Assembly (NCBI GenBank): GCA_051294375.1
Contig: CM119266.1
Location: forward strand, 13,332,735 to 13,396,734
Length of the DNA: 64,000 bases
Source: Paraspadella gotoi
Lineage: Eukaryota > Animalia > Chaetognatha
Direction: 5' to 3'
In this document: piece by piece, positions 28,916 to 43,949 of the stretch
Position numbering within the stretch: the stretch's first letter is position 1
Layout of the letters: the number at the start of each line of letters is the position of its first letter
Translations under genes and position numbers: made by a program
The notes under the pieces: model-generated
Databases searched by the model: none
What the model was told of the DNA's origin: nothing
Seen by the model: the letters and a program-made list of their open reading frames with translations, nothing else

Positions 28916-31900
28916 CTCTCCACGTTCAACCACAACAACACACGCTTTTTATCGCCGCTCCCCGAATCTCCGTCGTCTTCTTCAACCACCGCGCCACAAC
29001 TTCGGGTCGCGTTCCCCATCTCCCCTCCATCCTCGACACCTTCGAATTCTTCCACGACCGTTTCCATGCCTTCTTCCACAACGCGGCGTCCGTCCGTCTC
29101 GTCGTCCTTTTTTTCGTCGTCGTTGTCATCGTCGTCGTCAGAGATACGCGACTCCACCGATTGGCTCGTCTGGAGTCGCTTCCTTCGAGACATCTCCATC
29201 TCTTGGTCGCGATCTTCGGTTGCATCTATGAGTCGGATCGATTGATTTTTAAAATTACTAGTAAATATTTTATTTTGGGGAGTATTATAGTATAATAGAG
29301 TATAGCAATTTATAAGAACGGTTATAAAATTACGACTGTGATGTAACAATTATCCAATATATGCATTTATTTCTTGGACAGGCTTTTCCAGATGAAAAAA
29401 AAAAACACCATTTTTTTCAAAACATAGCTTCTCGACTCGAGTGACATTAGTTTAATTTCTAATCAATATAAATTATATTATAAATAACTGATCACTTTCG
29501 CCCCCCAAAAAACTGACCGGCCTGCAAGAAGAGGTTCTGCCTCAACCAAAAGAGATGAGCGATGATGATGGCGTTGATGACGGCGACGCAGATGAAAGGG
29601 ACGACGTTGAGGAACGCGAGTTTGGCGAGGGAAAAGACCACGCCCACCCAAGATTGGGACCTGAAAATCGGTTGTGGGCGACTTTAGAATCAGATGTATC
29701 TCTCCAAAAATGGGGGGAGGGTGTAATGACGTAAAATTTGGAGCCGCAGGTGTAAAAAAAGTATTTAAAAAAAAAGCTTTGAAAAGTTTTCATTCATCAT
29801 AAGCCTAATCTGCACGAACGATTCTTTTCAGGTATCGAAAATCCCCATAGAATTTTCTTCTTTCTCTTTCATTTTTTATCGCGCGCGAAGTTTTTCATTC
29901 GATAATCGATTCCCTTTCTTGTCGCTCGAANNNNNNNNNNNNNNNNNNNNNNNNNNNNNNNNNNNNNNNNNNNNNNNNNNNNNNNNNNNNNNNNNNNNNN
30001 NNNNNNNNNNNNNNNNNNNNNNNNNNNNNNNNNNNNNNNNNNNNNNNNNNNNNNNNNNNNNNNNNNNNNNNNNNNNNNNNNNNNNNNNNNNNNNNNNNNN
30101 NNNNNNNNNNNNNNNNNNNNNNNNNNNNNNNNNNNNNNNNNNNNNNNNNNNNNNNNNNNNNNNNNNNNNNNNNNNNNNNNNNNNNNNNNNNNGAGTAAGA
30201 TTTGCCAAAAACCATAATTCCGAGGGAAAAAATTTCTTAATCGACGTCTGAACTTTGGAAGGATGAAAATTTGGATGGTGAGAGGGGGAGTGGGTGGTGA
30301 AGAGGTAATACCCTGAGGGTCTCTCGAAAATTTTGATGAGTGAGGTTAGTGAAGAGAAAAGTGAAAAAAATGGAACCGANNNNNNNNNNNNNNNNNNNNN
30401 NNNNNNNNNNNNNNNNNNNNNNNNNNNNNNNNNNNNNNNNNNNNNNNNNNNNNNNNNNNNNNNNNNNNNNNNNNNNNNNNNNNNNNNNNNNNNNNNNNNN
30501 NNNNNNNNGATTGGGAAATGAGAAAATGAAAGAGAAAATGAAAAAAAAGTTTCATGAGGAAAAAGATTAACCGAGAAAAAAAAGAGCAACGAATTTTTTA
30601 TGAGAAAACGAGAACATGGAAGGAGAGGATAAAAAATGATAAAATATAAAGTNNNNNNNNNNAGGGGGGGAGTGGGTGGTGAAGAGGTAATTCCCTGAGG
30701 GTCTCTCGAAAATTTTGATGGGTGAGGTTANNNNNNNNNNNNNNNNNNNNNNNNNGCTTTCCTTTTTTTACGCTCGGTTCCATTTTTTTGTTTTCACACA
30801 TGTTATATCTCTTTCAACTAAACCTCACTCATCAAAATTTTCGAGAGACCACTCAGGGTATTACACTCTTCAACCCACCACTCCCACTCTCACCATTCCA
30901 AATTTTTCCATAACCTCTAGCAAAGTCAGAACGTCGATTAAGAGAAATTTTATCATCCCTCGGGAAATATGAGTTTTTTGGCAAATCTTCACTCCGCGAA
31001 AGGAATAAAACGGCATATGATGTCGCCCGGATGACATCCAGAGGGCTCAGCATGGAAGGTCGGGCAGAAATAAATAGCAGACCCTCGAGATAATAGAATA
31101 AACGTTTGAGATCGCCCTCATCATTGATCCGCTCGTTTCATATTACTAGCTTTTCGAGCGGACAAGAAAGGGAAATCGAATTATCAGAATGAAAACACAT
31201 TCGCGCGCGAAATTGAAAAATGAAAAGAGAAAAGAAGAAAATTCATATGGGTGACGATTTCGATACTGAAAAGAATGCGTTATCGTGCAGATTAGACTTA
31301 TGATGAATTTAGAAAACCTTTGTCAAAAGCTTTTTTTTTAAATAACTTTTTTTACACCTGCGGCTTAACACAAAATTTTTACCGTCATTACGACCTCCTA
31401 AGCTCGGCGCAGGCAACATTATTTTGGAGAGATAATCCTGAATTCTAAAAGTATGACCCACAACCGATTTTCAAGCAATGTGAGAAGAGATGGAGGCTGG
31501 TCTTTCCCCTGCCAAAGTCCTCCGCGTTCCTCAACGTCGCTCCCTTTCATCTGGGTCGCACAGTCAATCAACGCCGCATCCTCAATCGCTCTATCTACTG
31601 TTTGGTTGTAGGCAGGAACCCTCTTGCAGGCCGGTCAGTTTTTTTGGGGGGCGAAAAGATGATCAGTTAGTTATATAATATAATTTAATATTGAATTAGA
31701 AATTCAAACCTAATGTCACTCGGTCGACAGAACTATGTCTTTGAAAAAAAATAGGGGTCGATTTTTTTTTTCATCTGGAAAAGCCTATACCAAGAAATTA
31801 AATAGCATATTATGGGTTGGATAATTGGTTGACAATCACAGTCGTATCTTTTATAAACCGTGCTCTATAATGCTTCTGACATTATATACTATTAATAGCA

Positions 31901-34900
31901 TAACATTCACTCCACCCAAAATAAATATATTTAACTAGGTAATTTTAAATCATTCGATCCGAGACTCATAGATGCAAGACCGAAGATCGCGACCCAAGAG
32001 ATGGAGATGTCCTCGAGGAAGCGAAAACAGATTGGGAAATGAGAAAATGAAAGAGAAAATGAAAAAAAAAGTTTCAAGAGGAAAAAGATTATCCGAGAAA
32101 AAAAAATAGCAACGAATTTTTTTATGAGAAAACGAGAACATGGAAGGAGAGAAGAAAAAATGATAGAATATAAAGTGAACTTAAAAAACGATAAACAAAA
32201 GACAGAAATAGAAAATTAGCAAATAAAAATATGAACTAATAATTAACTACCAAATAGATCCTCGGAGGAAAATATAAACGATGAAATTAATGAAAAAATG
32301 AANNNNNNNNNNNNNNNNNNNNNNNNNTACCGCCGCCTCCGCGCCATCATTTTCAATTTTGCCTTTTTCATTTTTTTCTTTAATTTCATCGTTTATATTG
32401 TTCATCCGAGGAATCTATTTGAATAAATTAATTATTAGTATAATTATTTTAATTTGCTAAATTTACATATTGTCTGTCTTTTTTTCTTTATCGTTTTTTT
32501 AAGTTCACTTTATAGTTTTATCATTTTTTAATCCTACTTCCTTCCATGTTCGTACAGTTTCTCATAAACAAAATTCGTTGCTTCTTTTTATTTTTCTCGG
32601 TTAATCTTTTCCGATCATGAAACTTTTTTTTCAATTTCTCTTATCATTTTCTGCATTTACCCAATCGCTATTCCTTTTTTTTACTACGGTTCCATTTTTT
32701 TTCCCTTTTCTCATTCAACTTAACCTCGACTCATCAAAATTTTCGAGAGACCGCTCAGGGTATTAAACTCTTCAACCCACCCACTCCCCTCTCACCATCC
32801 AAATTTTCAAACCTATGAAAGTCAGACGTCGATTAAGAAAATTTTTACCCATCGGGAAATATAGGTTTTTTGGCAAACTCTTCACTCCGCGAAAGGAATA
32901 AAACGGCATGTTTGTCGCCCGATGAACTATCACCAGAGGGCTCAAGCGGGTGTGAAGTCGACGAGCGAAATAAATAGCAGACCCGTCGAATATAAGAATT
33001 AATACGTTAGATATCGCCCTCACCATGATCCGCTCGTTTCATTATACAGGCTTTCGAGCGGACAAGAAAGGGAAAATGCGATTATCGAAATGAAAACACA
33101 TTCGCGCGCGAATAAAAAATGAACAAGAGAAAGAAGGAAAATTCTTATGGGTGATATTTCGATACCTGAAAAGAATTCGTTACGTGACAGATTAGAGCTT
33201 ATGATGAATTAGAAAACTTTGTCAAAGCTATTTTTTTTAATAACTTTTTTTACACCTGCGGCTTCCAAATTTTTACCGTCATTACGACCCTAACTCGCGG
33301 AGCACATTATTTGGAGAGGCAGGTTAATCTGAATTCTAAAGTATCGACCCACAACCGATTTTCCAAGTCAACTGCTGAGAATGAGGAGTGGTCTTTCAAC
33401 CTGCCAAAGTCTACGCGTTCCTCAACGTCGCTCCCCTTTCATCTGCAGTCGCACGTCATCAAACGCGCCATCCTCATCGCTCTATCTACATGTATTGGTT
33501 GTAGGCAGAACCTCTTGCAGGCCGGTCATTTTTTGGGGGGCGAAAAGATGATCAGTTATTGTTAATCATATTTAATATTGATTAGAAATTCAAACTAATG
33601 TCACTCGGTCGGACAGAAGCTTATGTCTTTGAAAAAATGAGGGGTCGTTTTTTTTTTTTCACTGGAAAAGCCTGATACACAAAGAAATAAATAGCAATAT
33701 TATGGGGGGAGGTGGATAATTGGTTGACAATCACAGTCGTAATATTTAATAAACCGTCTCTTATATAATGTTCTGACATATATATACTATAATAGCATAC
33801 ATCACTCCAGTCCTCAAAATTAAATATATTTAATAGGTAATTTTAAAAATCATCGACTCCGACTCATAGTGAAGACCGAAGATCGCGACCCAAGAGATGG
33901 AGATAGTCCTCCGATGGAAGCGAAAACAAGAAAAAAAAAAGAGCGACAATTGTTTCGAAATCGAGGTCGACCTTCTCTTTCATACATCATCGATAAGACC
34001 ATTCTCTTCGGCTTATTGGCTCCGGGAAACGACGCCTCGGCCGACAGGAATGACGGACAAACTGACAGATTGGTTCTCGGGCAGAGACGGACAGAGAAAG
34101 GAAACAAAATGAAATTTGCAACTTGACGAGAAAAGTAGATTCGGAAAATAAAAAGTAATTAAAAAGAAAAAAATAGAATGAATTAAGCTAGAAAAAAAAG
34201 GAAGTTCGATTAAAAAACATCAATATATCAATCAAATCTATCAATCAATCCAATCAATGAATCAATCGCTGAAAAAACCTCCGAGTTATCTTCTTTGTCA
34301 TTGTTCCATTGGCCATCTCGTTCTCCCAAACGTCGGTCAAGTCATTCGTCGCCGAAGAAAACGCAGATTCCGACACATTGCGAAATTTGGAACCGTTGAC
34401 GTCGGCGGACATTGCAAAGCTGTTGACATCGATTCCAACGTCGCCGGACGCGTCGTCGGCCACTGCGGCGTCGTCGCCGGAAGGACGCTTCTTCGGAAAT
34501 ACGATCGGGAGAATGTAGAGCGCGGCGCTGACGAAGAGCGCNNNNNNNNNNNNNNNNNNNNNNNNNAAAGAGACCAGAGAGAAGATGAGCGTCTACTTGA
34601 CGGCGGCTTGGAGGCGGCGGTTTTTTCGAGACTCGGGCACGCTGCGTCCTCACCACTACGTACTAATCATCTCTTCAACGGGAGTAAGATGTCGGACCCT
34701 GATAGATGCGGTAGTGGGTGTTATGGTGAGAGTGGGTAATAGATTATGAGCTTATCATTGTAATGTATATCATAACGAAAGGGAGGAAAGTCAATATTAG
34801 TATAATTAGCGAGACTAATGGTCCATCGTTTGAAATCATTTGGCCCAAAATATGATCGGGCAATCCAGAATAAAAAAGCTATATTTATATACAAATGACA

Positions 34901-35189
34901 ACTACTGTAATCCTGTATTATTGCAGGCAATAAAAGTTTCTTACGTAACGCTAAATTACTATATAAGTTTACGATAAGTCAAATAGTAGCATTGATTTTA
35001 GTGTACTATGTATATAAACCTGGTTTTGCTCCGCTATTGCGTAGATCGTGACTCTTAGAAGGTGAGCACCAGAAGTTGGCAAATACATTAGATGAGAAGT
35101 TGAGATTTCGACTCAGGATAAAAAAGCGAAAGGGGATGACAGGAGAAGAGTTCGGAAGAGAGAGAGAGATGAATGTAGAGAGAAGCGAG

Positions 35190-35245
<56 letters not shown>

Positions 35246-37084
35246 CAAGATTCGTCCGTTTTCTTTGAGTATCGGGAATATTGAATAACTTTGTCGTGCC
35301 TCGCTTTATCGCTTCGTGAGGCGAAAGGAAGGACCAATTATTGTTAACTATTCTCACCGCCGATAACCTACACCCTTCAAATGTCGATTCTAGGTGTCTC
35401 GTGCGACTGCAAGAAATCCATGGTCTGCAGCGTCGTCGTACCACACCCATGGACAGAAGGCCATCCCTCTAATTGGCAGCCCCAACGTAGGCTCGTCGAT
35501 CAGGTCATGGAAGCAACGTCGATCAGATTTATCGTCGTCGTGCGACACTGCATGGCGAGCGATTCTTCGGAGTAAGTTTAAAAGGGGGTAGAAAAAACAA
35601 GACAAGCGAATATTGGATTTTATTTAGCTCAGGTATCTGTGACGTGCCCGTAAGAGAGATCTCGTGAGAAAGGAGACGAAGAAAATTCTTAAAAATTAGT
35701 CGTATATTTCATATACATAACTACATAGAAGGACATTACTTTTTCTAAAAACATTCCTCAATCCTCATTGGGATCCTAAAAAAGAGACGTATTATGGCAA
35801 CACCGGTTGCTGTGATGGCCCCCATATGGGATGGGGTCAGTGCCTCACCTGTCCTCGGCTATGGGGGCTTCACGTCGCTCAGTGACGCCTAGTCACTCGA
35901 GCGCGGTTCACCCTTGGACCGAGTCTTCGACTTCTGCCAACGCAAGAGGGAAGTTCATTAGGAAACTGTGGATGGAACCACTACGCCTGATGGTGTGTTC
36001 CACCTCTGAGCAATTGGACTTTGCTGAACGATGGTGGAACGTGAGGGGTGTGCAATATACCGCCACAAGTATGTAATATTATAAAAGTTACCGGATTAAG
36101 AACATTTAACAAGTAACATTGAGTAAGCAGATAAACACTGAGTAACATGGTACAACACAGAAGTATAGTTAACCATAATATATTATAATATATAAAATAA
36201 AAAAATAAACAAAACGTAATAGGTAATAGATTGTAACGATTAAATAGTATCAGACGATATAAATAGTAAACATTAAGTACAATAAAAGAAGATGAAAATA
36301 AAAGATAGATGAAAACAAGATAATTTGGCAAATTTTTCATATAATGCTGTAGAGAATGAGAATCACCTAACACGTCAACAATCGATCACGAGTTCCAAAA
36401 GCACATATTGTACTACAATATATCGGAGAGACGTCATTCACGGAGCCACACCCGAGGAGCAAGACCGATTCGCGATCGACGTCCAGCACAGAGCGAATGT
36501 GCACTAGGACATTAACCAGGAATCGAGCAAACGCGCTTGCCCCAGAAATGGAACGCGAGATTGTTATTGTATAGAGAGCCCGCAGAGTAAGAGGAGTGAG
36601 GCGTTCGATCAGCAGAGCAGTTCAGCTGAGAGGCGGCGCACCGTGGCCAGACAGCAGCACACAAGTCATGAGTATTTGAGAGCGGGACCCGAGTTAACAG
36701 AATAAAAAGTTTAAATTATATTGGTTTTGCGAACAAGATTTTATAAAAGTAGACTAAGTAGCTTCAATTCGAGGGAGCTTTGAAAGAAGATGAAGAGAGA
36801 GAGGAGAGAGCGAGAAGAGAGGAGAGAGAGAGAGAGAGAGACGAGAGAGAAGAGAGAGAGAGAGAGCAGAGAACAATTAAATCGTTTCCATGTTTAGTTT
36901 TGATCATTCCCAGCATGCGGTACGTGCGACAGAGAGAATACAATGCAAACTGCGGCCAATCGAATGAAAGGGTGAGGTTAGGTGAGAAAGTTTAACAATA
37001 ATTGGTCCTTCCTTTCGCCTCAGGAAGCGATAAAGCGAGGACGAAAAGTTATCAAATCCCGACGGAATGAAACGGACGAATCTG

Positions 37085-37174
<90 letters not shown>

Positions 37175-37790
37175 CTCTCTCTTCCCGACCTCTCTCCTGA
37201 CCCCTTTCCCTTTTTTAATCTGAGCGAAAAATCTCAACTTCTCACTATATGATTTGCCAACTTCTCTCACCTCAAGAGTCACGAGTCAGAATTAGCGACA
37301 AAAAACAGGTTGTAATATACATAGTACATAGAAAATATATTTGACTATCGTAAATATATAGTAATCATTACGTACGTAAGAAACTTTTATTGCCTGCAAA
37401 ATACAGGATTAAGAGGGTCATTATATAAAATGTTTTATTTATTGCCATCAATTGTTGGGCCAAGATAAACGATGGACCATTAGTTGTAATTAACTAATTA
37501 ATTGACTTTCCCTTTCGTTATGAATAAATACAATGATAAGCTCATAAATCCTTACCCACTCCATCCCACACCGCATCACTCGGGTCCGACACTTACCCGT
37601 GAAGAGATGATAAACGAGGGTGAGGAGCAGCGTGCCCGAGTCGAAAACCGCCAGCGCCGTCAAGTAGACGCTGCTCGAGAGTCGACGAAGATGTTGAGAA
37701 GTCAGTACGACGATGCAGAGGACGTTCATGAATGTGCCGATCGGGCAGATGCCGTAGATGAAGGGCAGCACCCGACTGCGAAATCATGTT
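28333..37790 (-). CDS. class A (rhodopsin-like) peptide GPCR, FMRFamide/sex-peptide-receptor-like; fragmented by gaps and noisy duplications
   Basis: TM1-2 exon ~37790-37596 (GICPIGTFMNVLCIVVLTSQHLRRLSSSVYLTALAVFDSGTLLL). TM4/ECL2 exon ~34541-34290 (ALFVSAALYILPIVF...NGS..NVS..NGT). Possible ECL2 Cys exon ~34075-33966. Acidic ICL3 exons ~29650-29545 and ~29230-28925. TM6-7 exon 28783-28333 (RENTLTLMLVVTCCGFLVCKAP...NHAVNFVIYCAAGSRFR). TM3 appears only as a noisy inverted copy (~35390-35570, ..RFIVV..); TM5 not found. Confidence 0.8.
30755..33922. repeat. indel-rich inverted re-reads of 29177-~30650 (probable raw-read gap fill)
   Basis: 30755-32025 and ~32350-33922 are reverse complements of 29177-30650 with dense single-base indels; 32030-32170 repeats 30510-30650 directly. 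Flanked by N-gaps. Confidence 0.8.
34567..35385. repeat. indel-rich inverted copy of ~36960-37690 (GPCR TM2 exon and downstream intron)
   Basis: AGCGTCTACTTGACGGCG..GACTCGGGCACGCTGC at 34587 mirrors the exon at 37600-37680; GGACCAATTATTGTTAA at 35331 mirrors 36991-37008. Confidence 0.8.
35793..36027 (-). mobile_element. noisy fourth copy of the twister-SINE family
   Basis: Minus strand: TCAGC start, GGTTCCATCC B-box-like, P3 AGTGAC-TAGGC-GTCACTG, GAAGCCCC, 3' end GTTGCCATA. Lies in low-quality sequence. Confidence 0.5.
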
Positions 37791-40241
37791 CTTTGAGATG
37801 AGAGGAGGAAGAGCAGAGAGAGAGAGAGAAAGAGACGAGAGCGAAGAGAGATTTGGAGAGAGAGAGAGACGTTATTTTTCTTTTTTTTTATTCGGAAATA
37901 TTCCTCGCGTTTCACGACTCTGACGTAAGAAGCGTCGAGATTCTAAATTACGAATCAACGAACGGTCGCGCGATCGTCCACGCGCGACACGACGCCACTC
38001 GGCACGACGGCCCGTTTGCGGTTGCGCGCCATTTCTAAAAAGATGCGAGTTGACATTCATCGGCGCGAATTTTGCGATCAGTCTTAACCCTTAGGACAGC
38101 AAACAATCATTATCATTATCAAAAACATTTGTCCATTCACCCCCTTTCTGTTTAAGCTTTTTATATATTTGATTTTCAATAAATGAGTTCTTTAACAAGA
38201 ATGATGTATGATTGATATCTTAATTGGAAACATCGGGAGTAAGTTTTGCTATTTTTGTATTACAAAATATGCTAAAAGTAAATAATATTAAATATTATAG
38301 AGAAAATTTAACTATATTTTTTTTTAAAGATTATTCGGTGAAACAAGTAGTTTTGTATATAGCAGTACATAGTAACTCATCTACATACTACTACATAGTT
38401 GAAAAAAATTATTCTTTGATCAGTGAAGATTTAAACCGGGTTTTTTTCGTGAATTACAAAAATGTAAATAATTCTACTGACATAAAATTTTATTCCCTCA
38501 TTCGAACTCTTTGATCAATAACATGAAGGACGTATAAGAGTCATTATAATTGTATTTTCGCGCGCATTCCCTCGATGAAATTATTGAAATAAACTCGCGT
38601 TCATTAATTTCAATTGATCTCTAATTGTTCTTACTAAAAATTCCCACCTCCACTGATAGTATCGTAAAAAAGTAACGAAAGGAAAAGATGACGAGGACGA
38701 ACAGGCGTCGACATTCCCGGAAACCGTGGAGAGACCGAGGAGTCTTCCCGAGAGGCGTCACCGAATAACCGCTGGTCACGCCTCCCGCGGAACTTCATCC
38801 CTGGCCGGCTCGGCCGGTGACGGATCCCGCAGCAACCAGCTCCCTCTCGGATCAGGGAGATGGTAACGGCGGGAGGCTCACCGACCGAGACGGTACAGAG
38901 AGAGGGACGCCGAAGGCGACGACAGCAAGATCTCCGAAGAACGCCTACCGGGAGGGATGTCCTCAAGCTGGTCACAGGGATACTGGTCCTCTGGTCTCTG
39001 GAATACGGAGAATATCTCTTTTATATCGTTCCTTTTTGGGTGTTTGTACGCCTACGGTTTCAAAACCGAGTAAGTTAATAGTGGCCTTCTCTTTTAAAAA
39101 TATCATGAATTTTTATGTGTTTCGACCGAAAAATTCTTTCTTTAGAAAAGAAATTTTAACATTGGAACAATCATCCTGTATAAAATAAACGTACTTTTTT
39201 GATAGTATGCAATATGCAAATGTGAATTTGGTTTAAAAACTAATATCGATTGAACTTTTCTAAACGATCGGTGAATTTTTTAATCGTAAAATCTTGATAA
39301 GATCACTTGAGAGCTGACGAAAGAAAGAATTGTTCGAAATATTTTATAGGCACGTGTGATACTTTCTAAAAGTAAAACAAAACAAATTTCTCTTTATAAA
39401 AAATTATATACAAAATATACATACAATTAGTATAAGTATCAAAGACTGCGACGTAATTTGTTCGTCTTCTGTTCGTCTACCCGCAAATGGAATATTTGCA
39501 TCAATCACAAACTACGATTTTCCTCAAGGTACGTTTAGTTTTCGGAGTGAACCTTGCTTACTCTCAGGGAATAAGGTAAGGTAAAAATGGAAGGATATTA
39601 CGCATAACACAAATATTAATTTGAAAATGGAGAAGAAATGAAAAAGCGCGGAAAAACATAAGATCTGCAAGTCTCTCTAGAATTTCGAAAACAAACGTGA
39701 AAACATTAACGCGAAACCGACGATGCGGTGGCAGATTCAAATATTTGACAGGGAGCGTTAATTAAAATGAAATTAAGACGCCTTTCAGAAAGCAGTAGAT
39801 ATTTAATTTTACTACTTAACTACTTTCTTGCAAAAAAACTTTATATAAAAATAGTATAGTAATCTTACTTTATAGTAATACTGAATAACCATGAATTTTC
39901 ACCGCACTTTCATCCCAATCTAACCGAGATGCTTCACGGAAACTTCAAGAGATTGCTCACGTTTTTATCACAACTTCAAAAATATCCTCACCAAGAAAAG
40001 GATCTCATCTCACGCGCGTGACAGAGAAGAAACGCATAAAACGGTTGGTGTTCTAGAGGAGAGGCCTCGGATGAATATTCATTTTTCAAATCGTCGGCCC
40101 GCCACATCTTTCGAACGAAGATTATATCGTAAATAATAGTTCTCGTTAACGCTGGAGGGCGGGGTAGCCTAGGGTTCGACTGGGTTCTTAATGAGAGGGT
40201 TATCTAAGGTCTGACGGTTTGTCTTTCTGTACTACTATATT

Positions 40242-40274
<33 letters not shown>

Positions 40275-40638
40275 AAGTTTTTTTTTTTTTTTTTTTTTTT
40301 TCCGTCCAATATTACTTGTTGATTGAATTGATTCAATTTCTATCTTAAACTGGTTTCATAATCACGTCATAACGTTTTTAACAGTCTGTAGCTCTTTAAA
40401 TCTTTTTAGTAATTTTTGATTAATTTTCCTTCCTTTTTTTAGTATCACGTACTAACAATTTGAAAGTCTGTACATAGTTCTTAAAATTTTGGATTTTCAC
40501 GTTTAAAAATTAATTTTAAATGAGTTTTAAAAAAATGAATTTTTTACCATTAACTTAGTTTTCGTAAACGAAATGACCTCATGTATGGGCCACAGTAAAT
40601 TGCGCCCCGGTTTAGTCTAATTCATATTCATATTCATA

Positions 40639-40673
<35 letters not shown>

Positions 40674-41573
40674 CCCTTCTCCTTCCTCATAGTCAAACGA
40701 ATATCTTAATCTGTGAGTGCGAACAAGGCTTTTCTTTTTGTTTTCCCCTGGGAATTATTTCTCTACGTGTCTTTCTTTTCTGCCGTAACTCGTCAATTAG
40801 GAAAACGACAAAGAGTACGTCTTTTATCGTTCAGATTTTTTTTTCCCCAAATTTAAAAGAGACTTACGTTTTCAACTAATTTATTTAAGAGTATTTTAAA
40901 GAGTATTAGGTTTGAAGAAATATTTAGAAAGAACGATTGTTTTGAGTCGTCGCAATTTGTCTTAAATAAAAAAAAAATTGTTAAATTTAATGATAAGAAG
41001 ACGTTATTATCCCGCGAGTTAAACGTCTTTATTTCCTTCCTTCCTTTCCTTCCTTCCTTCCTTCCTTCCTTCCTTCCTTCCTTCCCTTCCTTCCTTCCTG
41101 TCCTTCCCTTCTGACCCTTCTTGCCAGGGTTTTTACTCTCTTATTCTCTTTTTCTTGCCCTCGGGCCTCTGCCATGTTTAAATTGTCCGGTCCTTAGTCC
41201 TATTTCTCGTTCTTTCCATTCCACACCGTTTTTCGTTACCTCACTGCATCCCACGAAGCCAAAGCTCAAATGCTTTTTCCTTCCCTCCCCCCGCCTTCTT
41301 TCCATGACCCTGCTGTTCCCCTCCCTTTTCCCATCCCTGGACCTCGCTCTCTGCTATTTCTTCCCGACCCCCCTTCTCGCTCCCCCTTCGCCCTCCCCCC
41401 AAAAAAGGAAATCTTTCCCAGAGTCCTACAATTTTGTCGCAATTTTCGCCGTCGCAGCCGAAGAAAAGAAAAAAAGACCTCGTTCGTCAACCATGATCTT
41501 TTCTCCTTCCGTTTCTCTCCCTCACTCTCTCTCCACTTAATAATCGTTAAAAAAGCATAGCTTTCCATTTTTT

Positions 41574-41642
<69 letters not shown>

Positions 41643-41646
41643 TTTT

Positions 41647-41736
<90 letters not shown>

Positions 41737-41739
41737 CTC

Positions 41740-42112
<373 letters not shown>

Positions 42113-42537
42113 AGAGTTTAATTAGAAGACATATATATAACGTTGACGGATAGCCCTTTTTTTCCAGGAAAGCTTATTAAAAGACGTTTAACTCGCGGGA
42201 TAATAACGTCTTCTTATCATTAAATTTAACAATTTTTTTTTTTATTTAAGACAAATTGCGACGACTCAAAACAATCGTTCTTTCTAAATATTTCTTCAAA
42301 CCTAATACTCTTTAAAATACTCTTAAATAAATTAGTTGAAAACGTAAGTCTCTTTTTAAATTTGGGGAAAAAAAAAATCTGAACGATAAAAGACGTACTC
42401 TTTGTCGTTTTCCTAATTGACGAGTTACGGCAGAAAAGAAAGACACGTAGAGAAATAATTCCCAGGGGAAAACAAAAAGAAAAGCCTTGTTCGCACTCAC
42501 AGATTAAGATATTCGTTTGACTATGAGGAAGGAGAAG

Positions 42538-42576
<39 letters not shown>

Positions 42577-42919
42577 TATGAATATGAATATGAATTAGAC
42601 TAAACCGGGGCGCAATTTACTGTGGCCCATACATGAGGTCATTTCGTTTACGAAAACTAAGTTAATGGTAAAAAATTCATTTTTTTAAAAACTCATTTAA
42701 AATTAATTTTTAAAACGTGAAAATCCAAAATTTTAAGAACTATGTACAGACTTTCAAATTGTTAGTACGTGATACTAAAAAAAGGAAGGAAAAAATTAAT
42801 CAAAAAATTACTAAAAAGATTTAAAGAGCTACAGACTGTTAAAAACGTTATGACGTGATTATGAAACCAGTTTAAGAATAGAAATTGAATCAATTCAATC
42901 AACAAGTAATATTGGACGG

Positions 42920-43004
<85 letters not shown>

Positions 43005-43949
43005 CAATATAGTAGTACAGAAAGACAAACCGTCAGACCTTAGATAACCCTCTCATTAAGAACCCAGTCGAACCCTAGGCTACCCCGCCCTCCAGCGTTA
43101 ACGAGAACTATTATTTACGATATAATCTTCGTTCGAAAGATGTGGCGGGCCGACGATTTGAAAAATGAATATTCATCCGAGGCCTCTCCTCTAGAACACC
43201 AACCGTTTTATGCGTTTCTTCTCTGTCACGCGCGTGAGATGAGATCCTTTTCTTCGGTGAGGATATTTTTGAAGTTGTGATAAAAACGTGAGCAATCTCT
43301 TGAAGTTTCCGTGAAGCATCTCGGTTAGATTGGGATGAAAGTGCGGTGAAAATTCATGGTTATTCAGTATTACTATAAAGTAAGATTACTATACGATTTT
43401 TATATAAAGTTTTTTTGCAAGAAAGTAGTTAAGTAGTAAAATTAAATATCTACTGCTTTCTGAAAGGCGTCTTAATTTCATTTTAATTAACGCTCCCTGT
43501 CAAATATTTGAATCTGCCACCGCATCGTCGGTTTCGCGTTAATGTTTTCACGTTTGTTTTCGAAATTCTAGAGAGACTTGCAGATCTTATGTTTTTCCGC
43601 GCTTTTTCATTTCTTCTCCATTTTCAAATTAATATTTGTGTTATGCGTAATATCCTTCCATTTTTACCTTACCTTATTCCCTGAGAGTAAGCAAGGTTCA
43701 CTCCGAAAACTAAACGTACCTTGAGGAAAATCGTAGTTTGTGATTGATGCAAATATTCCATTTGCGGGTAGACGAACAGAAGACGAACAAATTACGTCGC
43801 AGTCTTTGATACTTATACTAATTGTATGTATATTTTGTATATAATTTTTATAAAGAGAAATTTGTTTTGTTTTACTTTTAGAAAGTATTCACACGTGCCT
43901 ATAAAATATTTCGAAACAANNNNNNNNNNNNNNNNNNNNNNNNNTGCGA

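Noticed and set aside
30755-35700. Tandem GPCR paralogues or pseudogenes on the + strand
   Set aside because: Introns and exons are mirrored equally, with random indels beside N-gaps. This is the signature of raw-read inserts rather than diverged genes.
38690-39000. GC-rich segment as a separate gene
   Set aside because: No recognisable protein in any frame. It may be a 5' exon or UTR of the GPCR, but this cannot be supported.
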